A DNA stretch of 64,000 nt from an uncultured Rhodopirellula sp. GTDB lineage: Bacteria > Planctomycetota > Planctomycetia > Pirellulales > Pirellulaceae. Below are positions 51,830 to 64,000 of the stretch, piece by piece. The notes beneath the pieces are model-generated. The model saw only the letters and a list, made by a program, of their open reading frames with translations, searched no databases and was not told where the DNA came from. Within the stretch, counting starts at the first letter, position 1. Each line of letters starts with the position of its first letter. The position numbers and the translations under genes were made by a program. The stretch covers positions 1 through 64,000 of the forward strand of contig CAXGAI010000021.1 of NCBI GenBank assembly GCA_964007735.1, read 5' to 3'.

Positions 51830-53140
51830 ATGGCCAACCCAGTACTCCATATTAAAGATGCATATTTCTTCGAGGTTCCCAAGTTTGCGTTTCCGCGCAA
51901 CTTCACAAAGCCTTCCGAGTTCCCATCCATTTGGCTGAAGCTCGATCCCACCGTTCAGCACAGTGAAGCCGAAGCTTTGGCCAAAGAGTTCCCGATAGAC
52001 GGTATGTCTGCGGAAGAGTCTGTGGCCGCATGGCACGACTGGACCGCTGATCATCACCACGCACCCTATGATGTCTTCTATTACGAGACCAATCGAGAAG
52101 CAGCGGAAGCCGAGGCTGCTAAGACCGGGAACGAATTAGGCGAAATTGAGTCCATTCCGCTGACCGATCAAAAGAGGGTTCAAGACGAGATTCTTAGCAA
52201 CGCGGACTGGCTTGACAATGAAGTCGCTGAAGTCTGGGAGGAGCAAGGTTTACTTGAACGGTACAATCATCACCTGAGCGGGAAGATTATTATTCCTCAA
52301 CCTTTCGGTGGGGAACTTCGAAACCTGCACGAAGCCGAATCTGGCTTTTGCCTGTCGAAGTTCATGATTGTCGAATTGTTCGTTGTATGCTTTCTGGCAT
52401 TTGTCTTAAACCGTTACAGCAAATCCATCGCCAACGGAGAGCCCGCCAAAGGTAAACTTGCGAACCTCTTGGAAACGTTCCTGCTCTTCGTACGGGACGA
52501 AATCGCCCGTCCTTCGATAGGTAGCGATGCTGATTTTCACCATGGGCATGACGAGCATGGTGAGCATGGACAGGAAGCCCATCACGAAGACGGGCCGGAG
52601 ACATATCATCTCGCTGACAAAGTTACTCCTGTTTTATGGAGTCTCTTTTTCTTCATCGTAACTTGCAACCTACTCGGGCTAATCCCATTCGTCGGATCTC
52701 CCACGGGAGTATTTGGTGTCACGCTTGGTCTGGCTGGCATCACCTTTCTGACAACACTGATCTCGGGTTCGATGATGCACGGACCTGTTGGGTTCTGGTT
52801 AAATCAGATTCCAAGCATGGATCTTAGTTTTGCAATTGCGATCGTGATTAAGCCCATGATTTGGATAATCGAAGTCGCCGGACTCATGATTAAGCACACT
52901 GTTTTAGCTATTCGTTTGTTAGCCAACATGGTAGCTGGACACATGGTTCTGCTTTCCATTATGGGAATGGCCATGACAGCAGCGGTTGGTGGTGGAGCTT
53001 TGGCCTACGGGGTTACCCCTGTAGCCGTTATAGGAGCGACCTGTATCGGAATGCTGGAATTGTTTGTGGCATTTTTACAGGCTTACGTGTTCACATTACT
53101 GAGTGCACTGTTTATTGGTGCGGCAATGCATCACCACTAA
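51830..53140 (+). CDS. atpB: ATP synthase Fo subunit a with long N-terminal extension
   Basis: NLLGLIP, PT, IRLLANMVAGH (essential Arg), ELFVAFLQAYVF. Confidence 0.95.
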   Translation: MANPVLHIKDAYFFEVPKFAFPRNFTKPSEFPSIWLKLDPTVQHSEAEALAKEFPIDGMSAEESVAAWHDWTADHHHAPYDVFYYETNREAAEAEAAKTGNELGEIESIPLTDQKRVQDEILSNADWLDNEVAEVWEEQGLLERYNHHLSGKIIIPQPFGGELRNLHEAESGFCLSKFMIVELFVVCFLAFVLNRYSKSIANGEPAKGKLANLLETFLLFVRDEIARPSIGSDADFHHGHDEHGEHGQEAHHEDGPETYHLADKVTPVLWSLFFFIVTCNLLGLIPFVGSPTGVFGVTLGLAGITFLTTLISGSMMHGPVGFWLNQIPSMDLSFAIAIVIKPMIWIIEVAGLMIKHTVLAIRLLANMVAGHMVLLSIMGMAMTAAVGGGALAYGVTPVAVIGATCIGMLELFVAFLQAYVFTLLSALFIGAAMHHH

Positions 53141-53171
53141 AACACTTAACAAAACACTTAACAAAACAATT
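53139..53171. repeat. 12-bp tandem repeat AAAACACTTAAC x2 plus partial
   Basis: 53139-53150, 53151-53162, then AAAACAATT. Confidence 0.85.
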
Positions 53172-53216
53172 CGTAAATCAGACGAGAATAAGATTCACGA
53201 AATTCGAGGTAACAAC

Positions 53217-53990
53217 GTGATCAAGATTATGCAAGAAAATTGGATTCGCTGGAGTTTTGCTCTGCTGCTTGTGTTTGCCACAGCGTCTGTACCTGTCATG
53301 GCTGACGAAGGGGAAACAAAAGCCGAGGCAGCCACGCAAGCCCTGAGCGATAGTGATGAAAGCCACGACGATCATGATCATGATGATGGGCACGACGATC
53401 ATGGGCACGACGATCATGGACACGACGATCATGGACACGACGATCATGGTCACCACGATGCCACGGATCTATCACACGCCAATGCCAGCAAAGAGTTGGA
53501 AGAACCCGGCTCGATTGCTGGTGATATGGCAATTTACACACTCGTCGTTTTCATTTTGATGGTCGTTATCCTCAGAGTGGCTGCCTGGAATCCAATCAAG
53601 AAAGCACTGGATGACCGTGAACAAGGGATCATTGACCATATCGCTGATGCTCGACGAAGTGCCGAAAAGGCGGAACGCCTGTTGGAAGAATACGAAGCAA
53701 AAATCGCAGCTGCTGCTCAGGAAGCTAACGAAATCGTCGCTGAAGGTCGTCGTGATGCCGAAGCAACAAAAGAACGAATTGTTGAAGAAGCTCAGGAAGC
53801 AGCATCTGCAGAACGAGATCGTGCATTGAACGATATTGAAATTGCCAAAAATGCTGCCCTGCAGGATGTTGCTGAAAAGTCGGCTGACATTGCAGTCGCA
53901 CTCGCCGGTAAAATTGTCAACAAAGAATTAAACGCCTCCGATCATCAGGCACTGATTAAGGAAACTCTGGACAACATCCAGAAAGGTTAA
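53217..53990 (+). CDS. atpF: ATP synthase Fo subunit b with signal-like leader and His/Asp-rich extension
   Basis: VVFILMVVILRVAAWNPIKKALDDRE, then coiled coil; start GTG 53217 after GAGGT (or ATG 53229). Confidence 0.92.
   Translation: MIKIMQENWIRWSFALLLVFATASVPVMADEGETKAEAATQALSDSDESHDDHDHDDGHDDHGHDDHGHDDHGHDDHGHHDATDLSHANASKELEEPGSIAGDMAIYTLVVFILMVVILRVAAWNPIKKALDDREQGIIDHIADARRSAEKAERLLEEYEAKIAAAAQEANEIVAEGRRDAEATKERIVEEAQEAASAERDRALNDIEIAKNAALQDVAEKSADIAVALAGKIVNKELNASDHQALIKETLDNIQKG
53391..53450. repeat. 15-bp tandem repeat x4 encoding HDDHG
   Basis: CACGACGATCATGGN at 53391, 53406, 53421, 53436. Confidence 0.95.
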
Positions 53991-53993
53991 ACG

Positions 53994-54626
53994 ATGACTG
54001 AACCGGAAGCACCAAAACACGAAACAACGCTGGATACCGGCAAGCAGCAGGTAGGTGAAGTCTATGCAGCTTCACTGCTCAAGGCTGCTGAGCAAGCCGG
54101 GGAGACAGCCACGGTGTTATCAGAATTTCAAAGTCTGGTGGAGGACGTCCTCAACGTCAATCCTCAGATTGAGTCAATTCTGGGGTCACCACGTATTGCT
54201 CATGACGAGAAAGTAAGCATGATCAATAAGGCCTTTCAGGGAAAAGCAACAAAAACGTTTCTTAACTTCCTGAAAGTAGCGTCAAAACACGGGCGTTTGG
54301 ACTGTCTGCGAGTAACCTTTGCTAGTTTTCGCGAACAATTGTTCGCACAGCAGGGACGGCTTGAGGTTCAGGTAACCACTGCCCAGGAACTGGATCACTC
54401 AACCCAGGATTCCATGAAGGCTGCATTGAGTTCAGCATTCGACGCTACCGTCGAACTCGTTCTCAATGTTGACCCTCAGTTGATCGGCGGTAGCTTGATC
54501 CGGGTCGGTGACACTGTATATGACAGCAGTGTCGCTAATCGACTCGAACGCGTACGCGCGTTGGCCAAAGATAACACTATTAGAGAAATTCGCTTAGCTA
54601 CGGAACGCTTTTCAGCTGATAGCTAA
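53994..54626 (+). CDS. atpH: ATP synthase F1 subunit delta
   Basis: YA.SL, NFLKV...GRL, VTTA..L, VDPQLIGG.LIRVGD.VYD.S. Confidence 0.93.
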   Translation: MTEPEAPKHETTLDTGKQQVGEVYAASLLKAAEQAGETATVLSEFQSLVEDVLNVNPQIESILGSPRIAHDEKVSMINKAFQGKATKTFLNFLKVASKHGRLDCLRVTFASFREQLFAQQGRLEVQVTTAQELDHSTQDSMKAALSSAFDATVELVLNVDPQLIGGSLIRVGDTVYDSSVANRLERVRALAKDNTIREIRLATERFSADS

Positions 54627-54675
54627 ACACAACACCGAACACTATCATTTTTAGTAAACGTAAGGAAAACCTTCC

Positions 54676-56343
<1,668 letters not shown>

Positions 56344-56404
56344 CCACTCTTCAGTCGTTGTTTTAAGGTTTTACTTAAACCAATAACGTAACAGGAAAAA
56401 TCCT

Positions 56405-57289
56405 ATGGCAAATGCCAGGGCATTAGACAAACGACGAAAATCTGTTCGCAACATTCGAAAGATCACGCGAACGATGGAGCTCATTGCGACAGCTCGATTC
56501 AAGAAAGCAATGGATCGGGCTACCGCCGCAACATCGTATACGAAGCGGATCACCGAAGTTGTGGCCAGCCTTGCCAAAAGCGGAGCGGAAGTTCAGCACC
56601 CACTGCTGGAAGAACGTTCTGCCACGGACAATGCGGCCCTGATCGTACTTACCTCCAACCGAGGTCTTTGCGGAGGTTACAACGGTAACATCATTCGTGA
56701 AACGATGCGACAGTTCGACAGTCTGTCTGAATCATATGAAAACGTCAAATTGATCGTTTCAGGTAAGCGAGGAATCACGAACCTGGAATTCCGAAACTAT
56801 TCTGCGGATGAAACTTACACTCAATTTGAAGACGAACCACTTTTTGAGGATGTCAAGCCGATTGCAGATCAATTGCTAGACGAGTTCATCGCCAAGCGAC
56901 TAGATCGTTTGGATGTGGTTTATACCAAGTTCATCTCCAGTTCGAAACAAGTTGCTATGGTGGAAACACTGTTACCACTTGGCAGCGTCGGTAACGCAGA
57001 CGATGAAGAGGAAACAGGAGGCATTGATGCTGACTTTGAATTCTTCCCGTCCGCTGAAAGCATATTGGAAGAAGTCGTTCCAATGAGCTTCCGCATTAAT
57101 CTCTTTAAGTGTTTCCTCGACGCTGCTGTTAGTGAACAGATTGCTCGAATGGTCGCTATGAAGAGTGCAACGGAGAATGCCGACGATATGATTCGAAATC
57201 TATCGATGACCTACAACCGTGCTCGCCAATCACAGATTACCGGCGAAATCATGGAAATCATCGGTGGTGTGGAAGCGTTAAAAAGCTAA
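56405..57289 (+). CDS. atpG: ATP synthase F1 subunit gamma
   Basis: KITRTMELIA, NRGLCGGYN, SEQIARMVAM..AT.NA, NRARQSQIT.EI.EI. Confidence 0.97.
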   Translation: MANARALDKRRKSVRNIRKITRTMELIATARFKKAMDRATAATSYTKRITEVVASLAKSGAEVQHPLLEERSATDNAALIVLTSNRGLCGGYNGNIIRETMRQFDSLSESYENVKLIVSGKRGITNLEFRNYSADETYTQFEDEPLFEDVKPIADQLLDEFIAKRLDRLDVVYTKFISSSKQVAMVETLLPLGSVGNADDEEETGGIDADFEFFPSAESILEEVVPMSFRINLFKCFLDAAVSEQIARMVAMKSATENADDMIRNLSMTYNRARQSQITGEIMEIIGGVEALKS

Positions 57290-57333
57290 CCACCAATAAA
57301 TTTAACAACCAAACACAACATATAGTTTTTTAA

Positions 57334-58791
<1,458 letters not shown>

Positions 58792-58794
58792 TCC

Positions 58795-59187
58795 ATGTCA
58801 ATTAACTGTATCGTTGTAACACCTGCTGAAACAGCCGTTGAAACCGAAGCTTCCTCCATTACCCTGCCACTGTTTGACGGTGATAAGGGAGTGATGGCTG
58901 ATCACGCTCCGATGATCGGGCGATTGGGCAACGGTGAATTGAAACTTGAAGGCCCTGAAGGTGGCTCGCGTTTCTACATCGAAGGAGGCTTCGTCCAGGT
59001 TCTGGATAATACGGTGTCTATTCTGACAAACCGTGTTGTTGCAGTCGAAGATCTCGACTCAAGTGCTCTGGCGGAGGAGCTCAGTGATACACTGGCCATG
59101 CCCGGCAATAACGACGAAGAACTCGACCTTCGTGAACGTGCGTCAGATGCCGTACGAGCCCAGTTACGAGTTGCTCAGCGTAGCTAG
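58795..59187 (+). CDS. atpC: ATP synthase F1 subunit epsilon
   Basis: IVVTP, G..GV...HAP, GGF..V..N.V.IL. Confidence 0.93.
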   Translation: MSINCIVVTPAETAVETEASSITLPLFDGDKGVMADHAPMIGRLGNGELKLEGPEGGSRFYIEGGFVQVLDNTVSILTNRVVAVEDLDSSALAEELSDTLAMPGNNDEELDLRERASDAVRAQLRVAQRS

Positions 59188-59224
59188 TTGCGATATTCGT
59201 TGTCTGGTAAATCCGTATAATAAC

Positions 59225-59251
59225 AGGGTGTAGCTTCTACACCCTATTTTT
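59225..59251 (+). terminator. Intrinsic terminator after atp operon
   Basis: AGGGTGTAG-CTT-CTACACCCT perfect 9-bp stem followed by ATTTTT. Confidence 0.75.
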
Positions 59252-59305
59252 ACGCTTCTCAAATTCGCCCCCGTTACTTAGCTAGCCGTTCGCCGGTTTA
59301 CCCTC

Positions 59306-61915
59306 GTGGATCGAACTAAACTATCAGTATTTCTGCTTGTCCCTTTGCTGGCACTAGCAGCATTAGTAGCTCCTCTATGGATCCAGGGGGAACTCCCTGT
59401 ATTTCGAGATGCAGGTCACTATTACTATCCATCTTTTCATTTCGAGCATGAACTGTGGAACCATGGCACGGTTCCGCTTTGGAGTCACCTCGACGATCTC
59501 GGACGCCCCTTTGCAGCCGACTCGAGTACCAGCATCTTCTACCCCGTCAAATTGCTTTTCTGGCTACCGCTAAGTTTTCCCAATTGTGTCCTGCTTTACC
59601 TCATCACCCATCTCATCTTGGCAGGACTTAATACATACTATTTGGCGCGACGTTGGAGGGCTACTGCTTCGGGTGCAGCATTAGCCAGCCTGTCATTTTG
59701 CGTGGGCGGTGCGGTCCTCACTCAGCACTCCAATATCATCTATTTAGTATCAGCAGCCTGGCTTCCGCTAGCCGTTAGTCTTTCATTAGATCTCATTGAA
59801 AAGCAGGACGCTAAGAAATCTCTCGCCTGTCTGGCAGTAACACTTGCCCTCATGATCCTCGGCGGCGATCCACAAATGGCCTTACACGTTATGTTGCTAA
59901 TTCCCCTGCTCTACCTCTTCGCAGGCAAAACCTCTAATCGCAATCGTCAGCCAAAAAAAATCCCCAAACGAAAGGTTGCCAGACGAATGGTAATTACAGG
60001 CATCATCGCCTTCGGCTTGGCTGCGATACAAATCCTACCTACCTATAGCTTAACCAAAAACGCTAATCGTAATCTGCGTTCTGCGTCAAGGACCACCTTT
60101 GAATGGATCGCTGATCAGGTTACTGGCAATGAAGTTCCCAACAATATCTTTAAGGGACGCCGGTCATCAGAACACCATGGACAACTTTATCAATTTTCAC
60201 TGGCACCCTGGCAAATAACGGAATTAGCGTTCCCCAATATAACCGGCAAGCTCTATCCACAAAGACAACGTTGGACCTTTCTATTGGAAGATAATCCACG
60301 CACGTGGTACCCCAGTATCTATCAGGGGATCCTCCCTCTATTGTTTGCCCTGAGCATTTTTGGGCTCGGAAAAAATGCCCAGCACAAACAACTCAGTCGA
60401 ATGATACTTTTTACTATTTTAGCTTCGCTGGGGGCGTTCGGAATTGGATGGTTGATTACTACTTTAAGCGGGGCTAAGCCTGTTGCTTCGGAAACCGGCG
60501 GTGTTTACTGGTTCCTTTGCAATGTCGTACCGGGGTACATCCAATTCCGCTACCCCGCTAAATGGTTTATCCTGGCCAGCCTGCTGATTGCCATTCTAGC
60601 CGGAGTTGGCTTCGATACCGTAAACAAGGATACAGAGCGCCGCAGAACAATTTTCAATTGGTCGATGGTAGGACTGTGTGCTGCTTTATTGACTTGCTAT
60701 CCACTACTGAGTCAATTATTAACCAAAAGCCTAGTAAATTCCCCGCCCGACTCCTTCTTGGGGCCTGCTGCTAGTCAGGGAGTCAAACGCGATCTTTTAC
60801 AGGCAGCGATCCAGCCGCTAGTTATCGTACTTGCTTTCATCGTCACGACAAAACTCGTGCGACAGGAAAAAGCAAAGACGACAATTGTTTTAATTCTGCT
60901 TGCCGCTGATCTCTTATTTGCGAATTCATGGCTCTTTTCATCGGCATCGTCATATCACTGGGACGCGATTAGTCCCATCGAACAACTAGTTAAGGACTCA
61001 ACAAAGCAGGTACCAACACGAATTTACCGCACACGACTTTCCAATTGGAACCCACCTTCATTCGCAAAACAAAGCTCTGCTCAACGCCAACGTGAGGCAA
61101 TTCTCTGGGACCGACGATCCCTCCGACCCCGTATGCACCTATTAAGTGACATCCAGTTACTCGATGCAAATGCGAGCATTTCTGATGTGCACTATGATTC
61201 CGTGTTACGAGTCCTGCGAAAACACGGACGTACTCGAGAGGATAATGTTTCGGAACCTGATGTTGATGGTCTGGCACTGTTGGGAGCCAGCCATATCATT
61301 GGACCGAAAAATTTCCACCCTCGGCAAGATGAAACACTTACAAGGCCTACCAGTATTGAAGACGTCGCGATTACTACCACCGCTAATCCAGCTCCATTCT
61401 TCTGGACCGTCCCAAATTGGAAAGTTCGCACCCCCTTTAGTGGAGCAACTCCTGCTCAACTTGACCAAATCACCAAAGAGGTATTTTATCCGGAAGGATT
61501 TATCGCAGATCTCCAGAATCTATCGACACTTGAGTCGAATTCCATTAAAAGCAGCACTTCACCGATTTCTGTTAAGCAGGATGTCATTCGACTTGAATCA
61601 TTCGAGCCGGGCTTTGTAAGACTCCGAGTTCTTAAAGAAGAGGATGGCCCGTTAATCATTAATCAGGGATTTGATAGCGGTTGGCACGCTCGTATTTGGA
61701 ACTCGGAGAACACTCTCCCACAACCGACTCCACTAATTCGTGCGAATCGAGTGATGCAGGCCGTGCTGCTTAAAAAAGGTGAACAGACGATCGATCTTAT
61801 TTATCGTCCCACTTCCTTCTTATTCGGTTTAGCCATCAGTGGAATCTGCTGGTTGATGCTATGCAGTAGCCTCGTAGTCTCGGGCTTCCAAGCTCGTCGA
61901 GCACTAACTCGCTAA
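59306..61915 (+). CDS. YfhO-like polytopic membrane protein (GT-C glycosyltransferase-like)
   Basis: FRD..HYYYP, PLW....GRPF.AD, FYP, GGDPQ, AAIQILP, FRYPAK, C-terminal GW.A..RAN....AV....G...I.L.YRP. Confidence 0.75.
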   Translation: MDRTKLSVFLLVPLLALAALVAPLWIQGELPVFRDAGHYYYPSFHFEHELWNHGTVPLWSHLDDLGRPFAADSSTSIFYPVKLLFWLPLSFPNCVLLYLITHLILAGLNTYYLARRWRATASGAALASLSFCVGGAVLTQHSNIIYLVSAAWLPLAVSLSLDLIEKQDAKKSLACLAVTLALMILGGDPQMALHVMLLIPLLYLFAGKTSNRNRQPKKIPKRKVARRMVITGIIAFGLAAIQILPTYSLTKNANRNLRSASRTTFEWIADQVTGNEVPNNIFKGRRSSEHHGQLYQFSLAPWQITELAFPNITGKLYPQRQRWTFLLEDNPRTWYPSIYQGILPLLFALSIFGLGKNAQHKQLSRMILFTILASLGAFGIGWLITTLSGAKPVASETGGVYWFLCNVVPGYIQFRYPAKWFILASLLIAILAGVGFDTVNKDTERRRTIFNWSMVGLCAALLTCYPLLSQLLTKSLVNSPPDSFLGPAASQGVKRDLLQAAIQPLVIVLAFIVTTKLVRQEKAKTTIVLILLAADLLFANSWLFSSASSYHWDAISPIEQLVKDSTKQVPTRIYRTRLSNWNPPSFAKQSSAQRQREAILWDRRSLRPRMHLLSDIQLLDANASISDVHYDSVLRVLRKHGRTREDNVSEPDVDGLALLGASHIIGPKNFHPRQDETLTRPTSIEDVAITTTANPAPFFWTVPNWKVRTPFSGATPAQLDQITKEVFYPEGFIADLQNLSTLESNSIKSSTSPISVKQDVIRLESFEPGFVRLRVLKEEDGPLIINQGFDSGWHARIWNSENTLPQPTPLIRANRVMQAVLLKKGEQTIDLIYRPTSFLFGLAISGICWLMLCSSLVVSGFQARRALTR

Positions 61916-62041
61916 AGATTCCCTCTTAAGCGTCCACTGTCCCTCGTGAAAACGGAGCCCGCACGACCGGTTTTGACTCTCCCATGTTTGGCATACAATA
62001 AGAACTTACCAACCCGATGCACCTACTGAGAATACGAACAA

Positions 62042-62647
62042 ATGATCGCCATCATCGATTACCAGATGGGTAACCTTCGTAGCGTTCAAAAAGCCTTTGA
62101 AAAGGCTGGATTTGAAGCCACCATCACTAGCGATCCACAAACGGTTGCGGCGTCTGATAAAATCGTGCTTCCCGGCGTAGGGGCATTTGAAGATGCCATC
62201 GGTGAGTTACACCGTCGGGATCTTGTCAGTCCTATTAAGGATGTCATTCAAGCGGAAAAACCATTTCTAGGTATATGTCTGGGGCTACAGTTACTATTCG
62301 ACATCAGTTATGAAGGAGGTGAATTCGAAGGATTGGGAATTATCCCCGGAGAAGTGAAGCGGTTTAATGTTCGTAAGGGATTTAAAGTTCCTCATATGGG
62401 ATGGAATCAGGCAAACATTGTTCGCGAAGCCCCAATTCTGGAAGGTATCGAATTCGGCACTCACTTTTACTTTGTGCACTCATACTATGTAGTGCCGAAG
62501 AACGATCACGTCATCGCCGTGACAAGTGACTATGACGGTGAATTCTGTGCTATGATCTGGCAGAACAATCTCTTTGCAACCCAATTCCATCCCGAGAAAA
62601 GTCAGGCAGCCGGCATTCAAGTTCTCAACAACTTCGGTTCGCTCTAA
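62042..62647 (+). CDS. hisH: Imidazole glycerol phosphate synthase glutaminase subunit
   Basis: IDY.MGNLRSV, LPGVG, GICLG, PHMGWN, YFVHSY, QFHPEKS. Confidence 0.97.
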   Translation: MIAIIDYQMGNLRSVQKAFEKAGFEATITSDPQTVAASDKIVLPGVGAFEDAIGELHRRDLVSPIKDVIQAEKPFLGICLGLQLLFDISYEGGEFEGLGIIPGEVKRFNVRKGFKVPHMGWNQANIVREAPILEGIEFGTHFYFVHSYYVVPKNDHVIAVTSDYDGEFCAMIWQNNLFATQFHPEKSQAAGIQVLNNFGSL

Positions 62648-62683
62648 CCTCTTCTCTGTAGTCACCATAAGAAAGATAAAGTC

Positions 62684-63400
62684 ATGAAAATTTGGCCCGC
62701 CATTGATCTACGGGGAGGCAATTGTGTCCGCCTCAAACAAGGTGACTACAATCAAGAAACGGTTTTTGGAGACAATCCCGGTGCGATGGCACTGCAATGG
62801 TGTAAACAGGGTGCTGAATGTATGCATCTAGTAGACTTGGACGGAGCTCGGGATGGCCTCTGGATCAATCAGGATGCTGTGCGAAGTATTATCGAAGCGA
62901 TTGATGTCCCATGCCAACTCGGCGGTGGTGTTCGCGAAGAAGCTACCATCGAGTTATTGCTGGGCCTCGGGGTTAGCAGGCTAATTGTTGGCACAAAGGC
63001 CTTGAAAGAACCCTCCTGGTTCTCATCCATGGTCGAAAAATTCCCGCATAAACTAGCCCTGGGAATCGATGCCCGAGATGGCATGGTAGCAACCGATGGT
63101 TGGTTGGAAACCAGTGAAACAACTGCGATAAGTCTTGCTCAGCAATTTGAGAACCAACCGGTCGCGGCTATTATCTACACTGACATTTCAAGAGACGGGA
63201 TGATGCAAGGTGCCAATGTCACCGGCATGGCAGAAATGAAACAAGCAACATCGATCCCAGTCATTGCCTCTGGCGGCGTAACCACACTCGATGATGTGAA
63301 GCAACTTCAGGAGGCCGGACTGGATGGAGCTATCATTGGGCGCAGTCTCTACGATGGAGTCATTGATTTGGCTGAAGCCATTTCTCTGGCAGCCGAATAA
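62684..63400 (+). CDS. hisA: ProFAR isomerase
   Basis: PAIDLRGG.CVRL.QG, HLVDLDGA, GGG.R, YTDISRDG, IASGG. Confidence 0.96.
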   Translation: MKIWPAIDLRGGNCVRLKQGDYNQETVFGDNPGAMALQWCKQGAECMHLVDLDGARDGLWINQDAVRSIIEAIDVPCQLGGGVREEATIELLLGLGVSRLIVGTKALKEPSWFSSMVEKFPHKLALGIDARDGMVATDGWLETSETTAISLAQQFENQPVAAIIYTDISRDGMMQGANVTGMAEMKQATSIPVIASGGVTTLDDVKQLQEAGLDGAIIGRSLYDGVIDLAEAISLAAE

Positions 63401-63407
63401 AACAGAT

Positions 63408-64000
63408 CTAAATTTCAAACGTTGATTCGTTGGTGACTGCTTCTTTACTATCCGCCCGCATACGCAACTTTGGTTTTTCCAGAGTAACTGTCGTATGAGG
63501 TTGCACACTACGTGTGAGCCAGACACTTGAACCTATCACACTATCGTGGCCAACTATCGTGTCGCCACCAAGGATGGTCGCTGACGCATAGACCACAACA
63601 TGGTCATCAATCGTTGGATGACGTTTCATCGTGCGAATGAGTTTCCCATCAGCATCTGTTGGAAAACTCAAAGCGCCGAGGGTTACCCCCTGATATAACT
63701 TGACATGCTTACCGATCACCGTCGTTTCGCCTATCACAACACCTGTCCCATGGTCAATAAAGAACGACTCACCAATCGTTGCTCCCGGATGAATATCGAT
63801 TCCAGTTTCTTTATGGGACCATTCAGCCATCATTCGAGGAATGAATGGGACCTCGAGCAGGTACAACTCATGAGCAATTCGATGGACTGTCATGGCATCG
63901 AGTCCGGGATAGCAAAAAATCACTTCATCCAAACTCTTGCAAGCAGGGTCACCATCATAAGCTGCCTGAACATCCGTTGCCAGAATGCGTCTTAAATTAG
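63408..64000 (-). CDS. cysE: Serine O-acetyltransferase (CysE/EpsC type), 5'-truncated by the window edge
   Basis: Frame stays open to 64000 (..[11 protein letters not shown]..); [35 protein letters not shown]. Confidence 0.92.
   Translation of the reverse strand, partial: NLRRILATDVQAAYDGDPACKSLDEVIFCYPGLDAMTVHRIAHELYLLEVPFIPRMMAEWSHKETGIDIHPGATIGESFFIDHGTGVVIGETTVIGKHVKLYQGVTLGALSFPTDADGKLIRTMKRHPTIDDHVVVYASATILGGDTIVGHDSVIGSSVWLTRSVQPHTTVTLEKPKLRMRADSKEAVTNESTFEI

Noticed and set aside
53103..53216. ORF-track N-terminal extension of atpF overlapping atpB
   Set aside because: Translates the A-rich spacer and tandem repeat; the SD-supported start is at 53217 or 53229
62042..63400. hisH-hisA without hisF or other his genes
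   Set aside because: Dispersed his genes are common; not evidence of anything unusual

Overview
A gene-dense chromosomal window from a planctomycete, most likely Pirellulaceae-like. The assignment is inferred from Planctomycete-type cytochrome/DUF1549/DUF1553/DUF1501 genes, zinc-ribbon membrane proteins and a YchF starting MEAGIVG. The first 41 kb holds five Tat-signal DUF1501 genes, four of them paired with c-type-heme DUF1549/DUF1553 proteins. These are interspersed with an arylsulfatase, esterase, DUF1080, lipoprotein MsrB, a hydroxyproline-pathway DHDPS-family deaminase, a tungstate ABC transporter (tupABC), a Na+/solute symporter and ychF. Next come an acyltransferase, a beta-propeller/di-heme cytochrome c, a Ser/Thr kinase, larE and a DUF4912 gene. 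An F1Fo ATP synthase operon follows, then a YfhO-like protein, hisH, hisA and a truncated cysE. The most striking anomaly is that the atp operon has every subunit except subunit c (atpE): atpB runs straight into atpF. Subunits a and b also carry His-rich extensions, and alpha has an acidic repeat tail. Other points of interest are the multi-copy DUF1501 + heme-DUF1549/1553 module, an FG/NPF-repeat membrane protein, a dyad over the tup promoter and a multi-hairpin leader. I recognised no rRNA, tRNA, CRISPR or mobile element. All family calls come from motif recognition by eye, not database searches.
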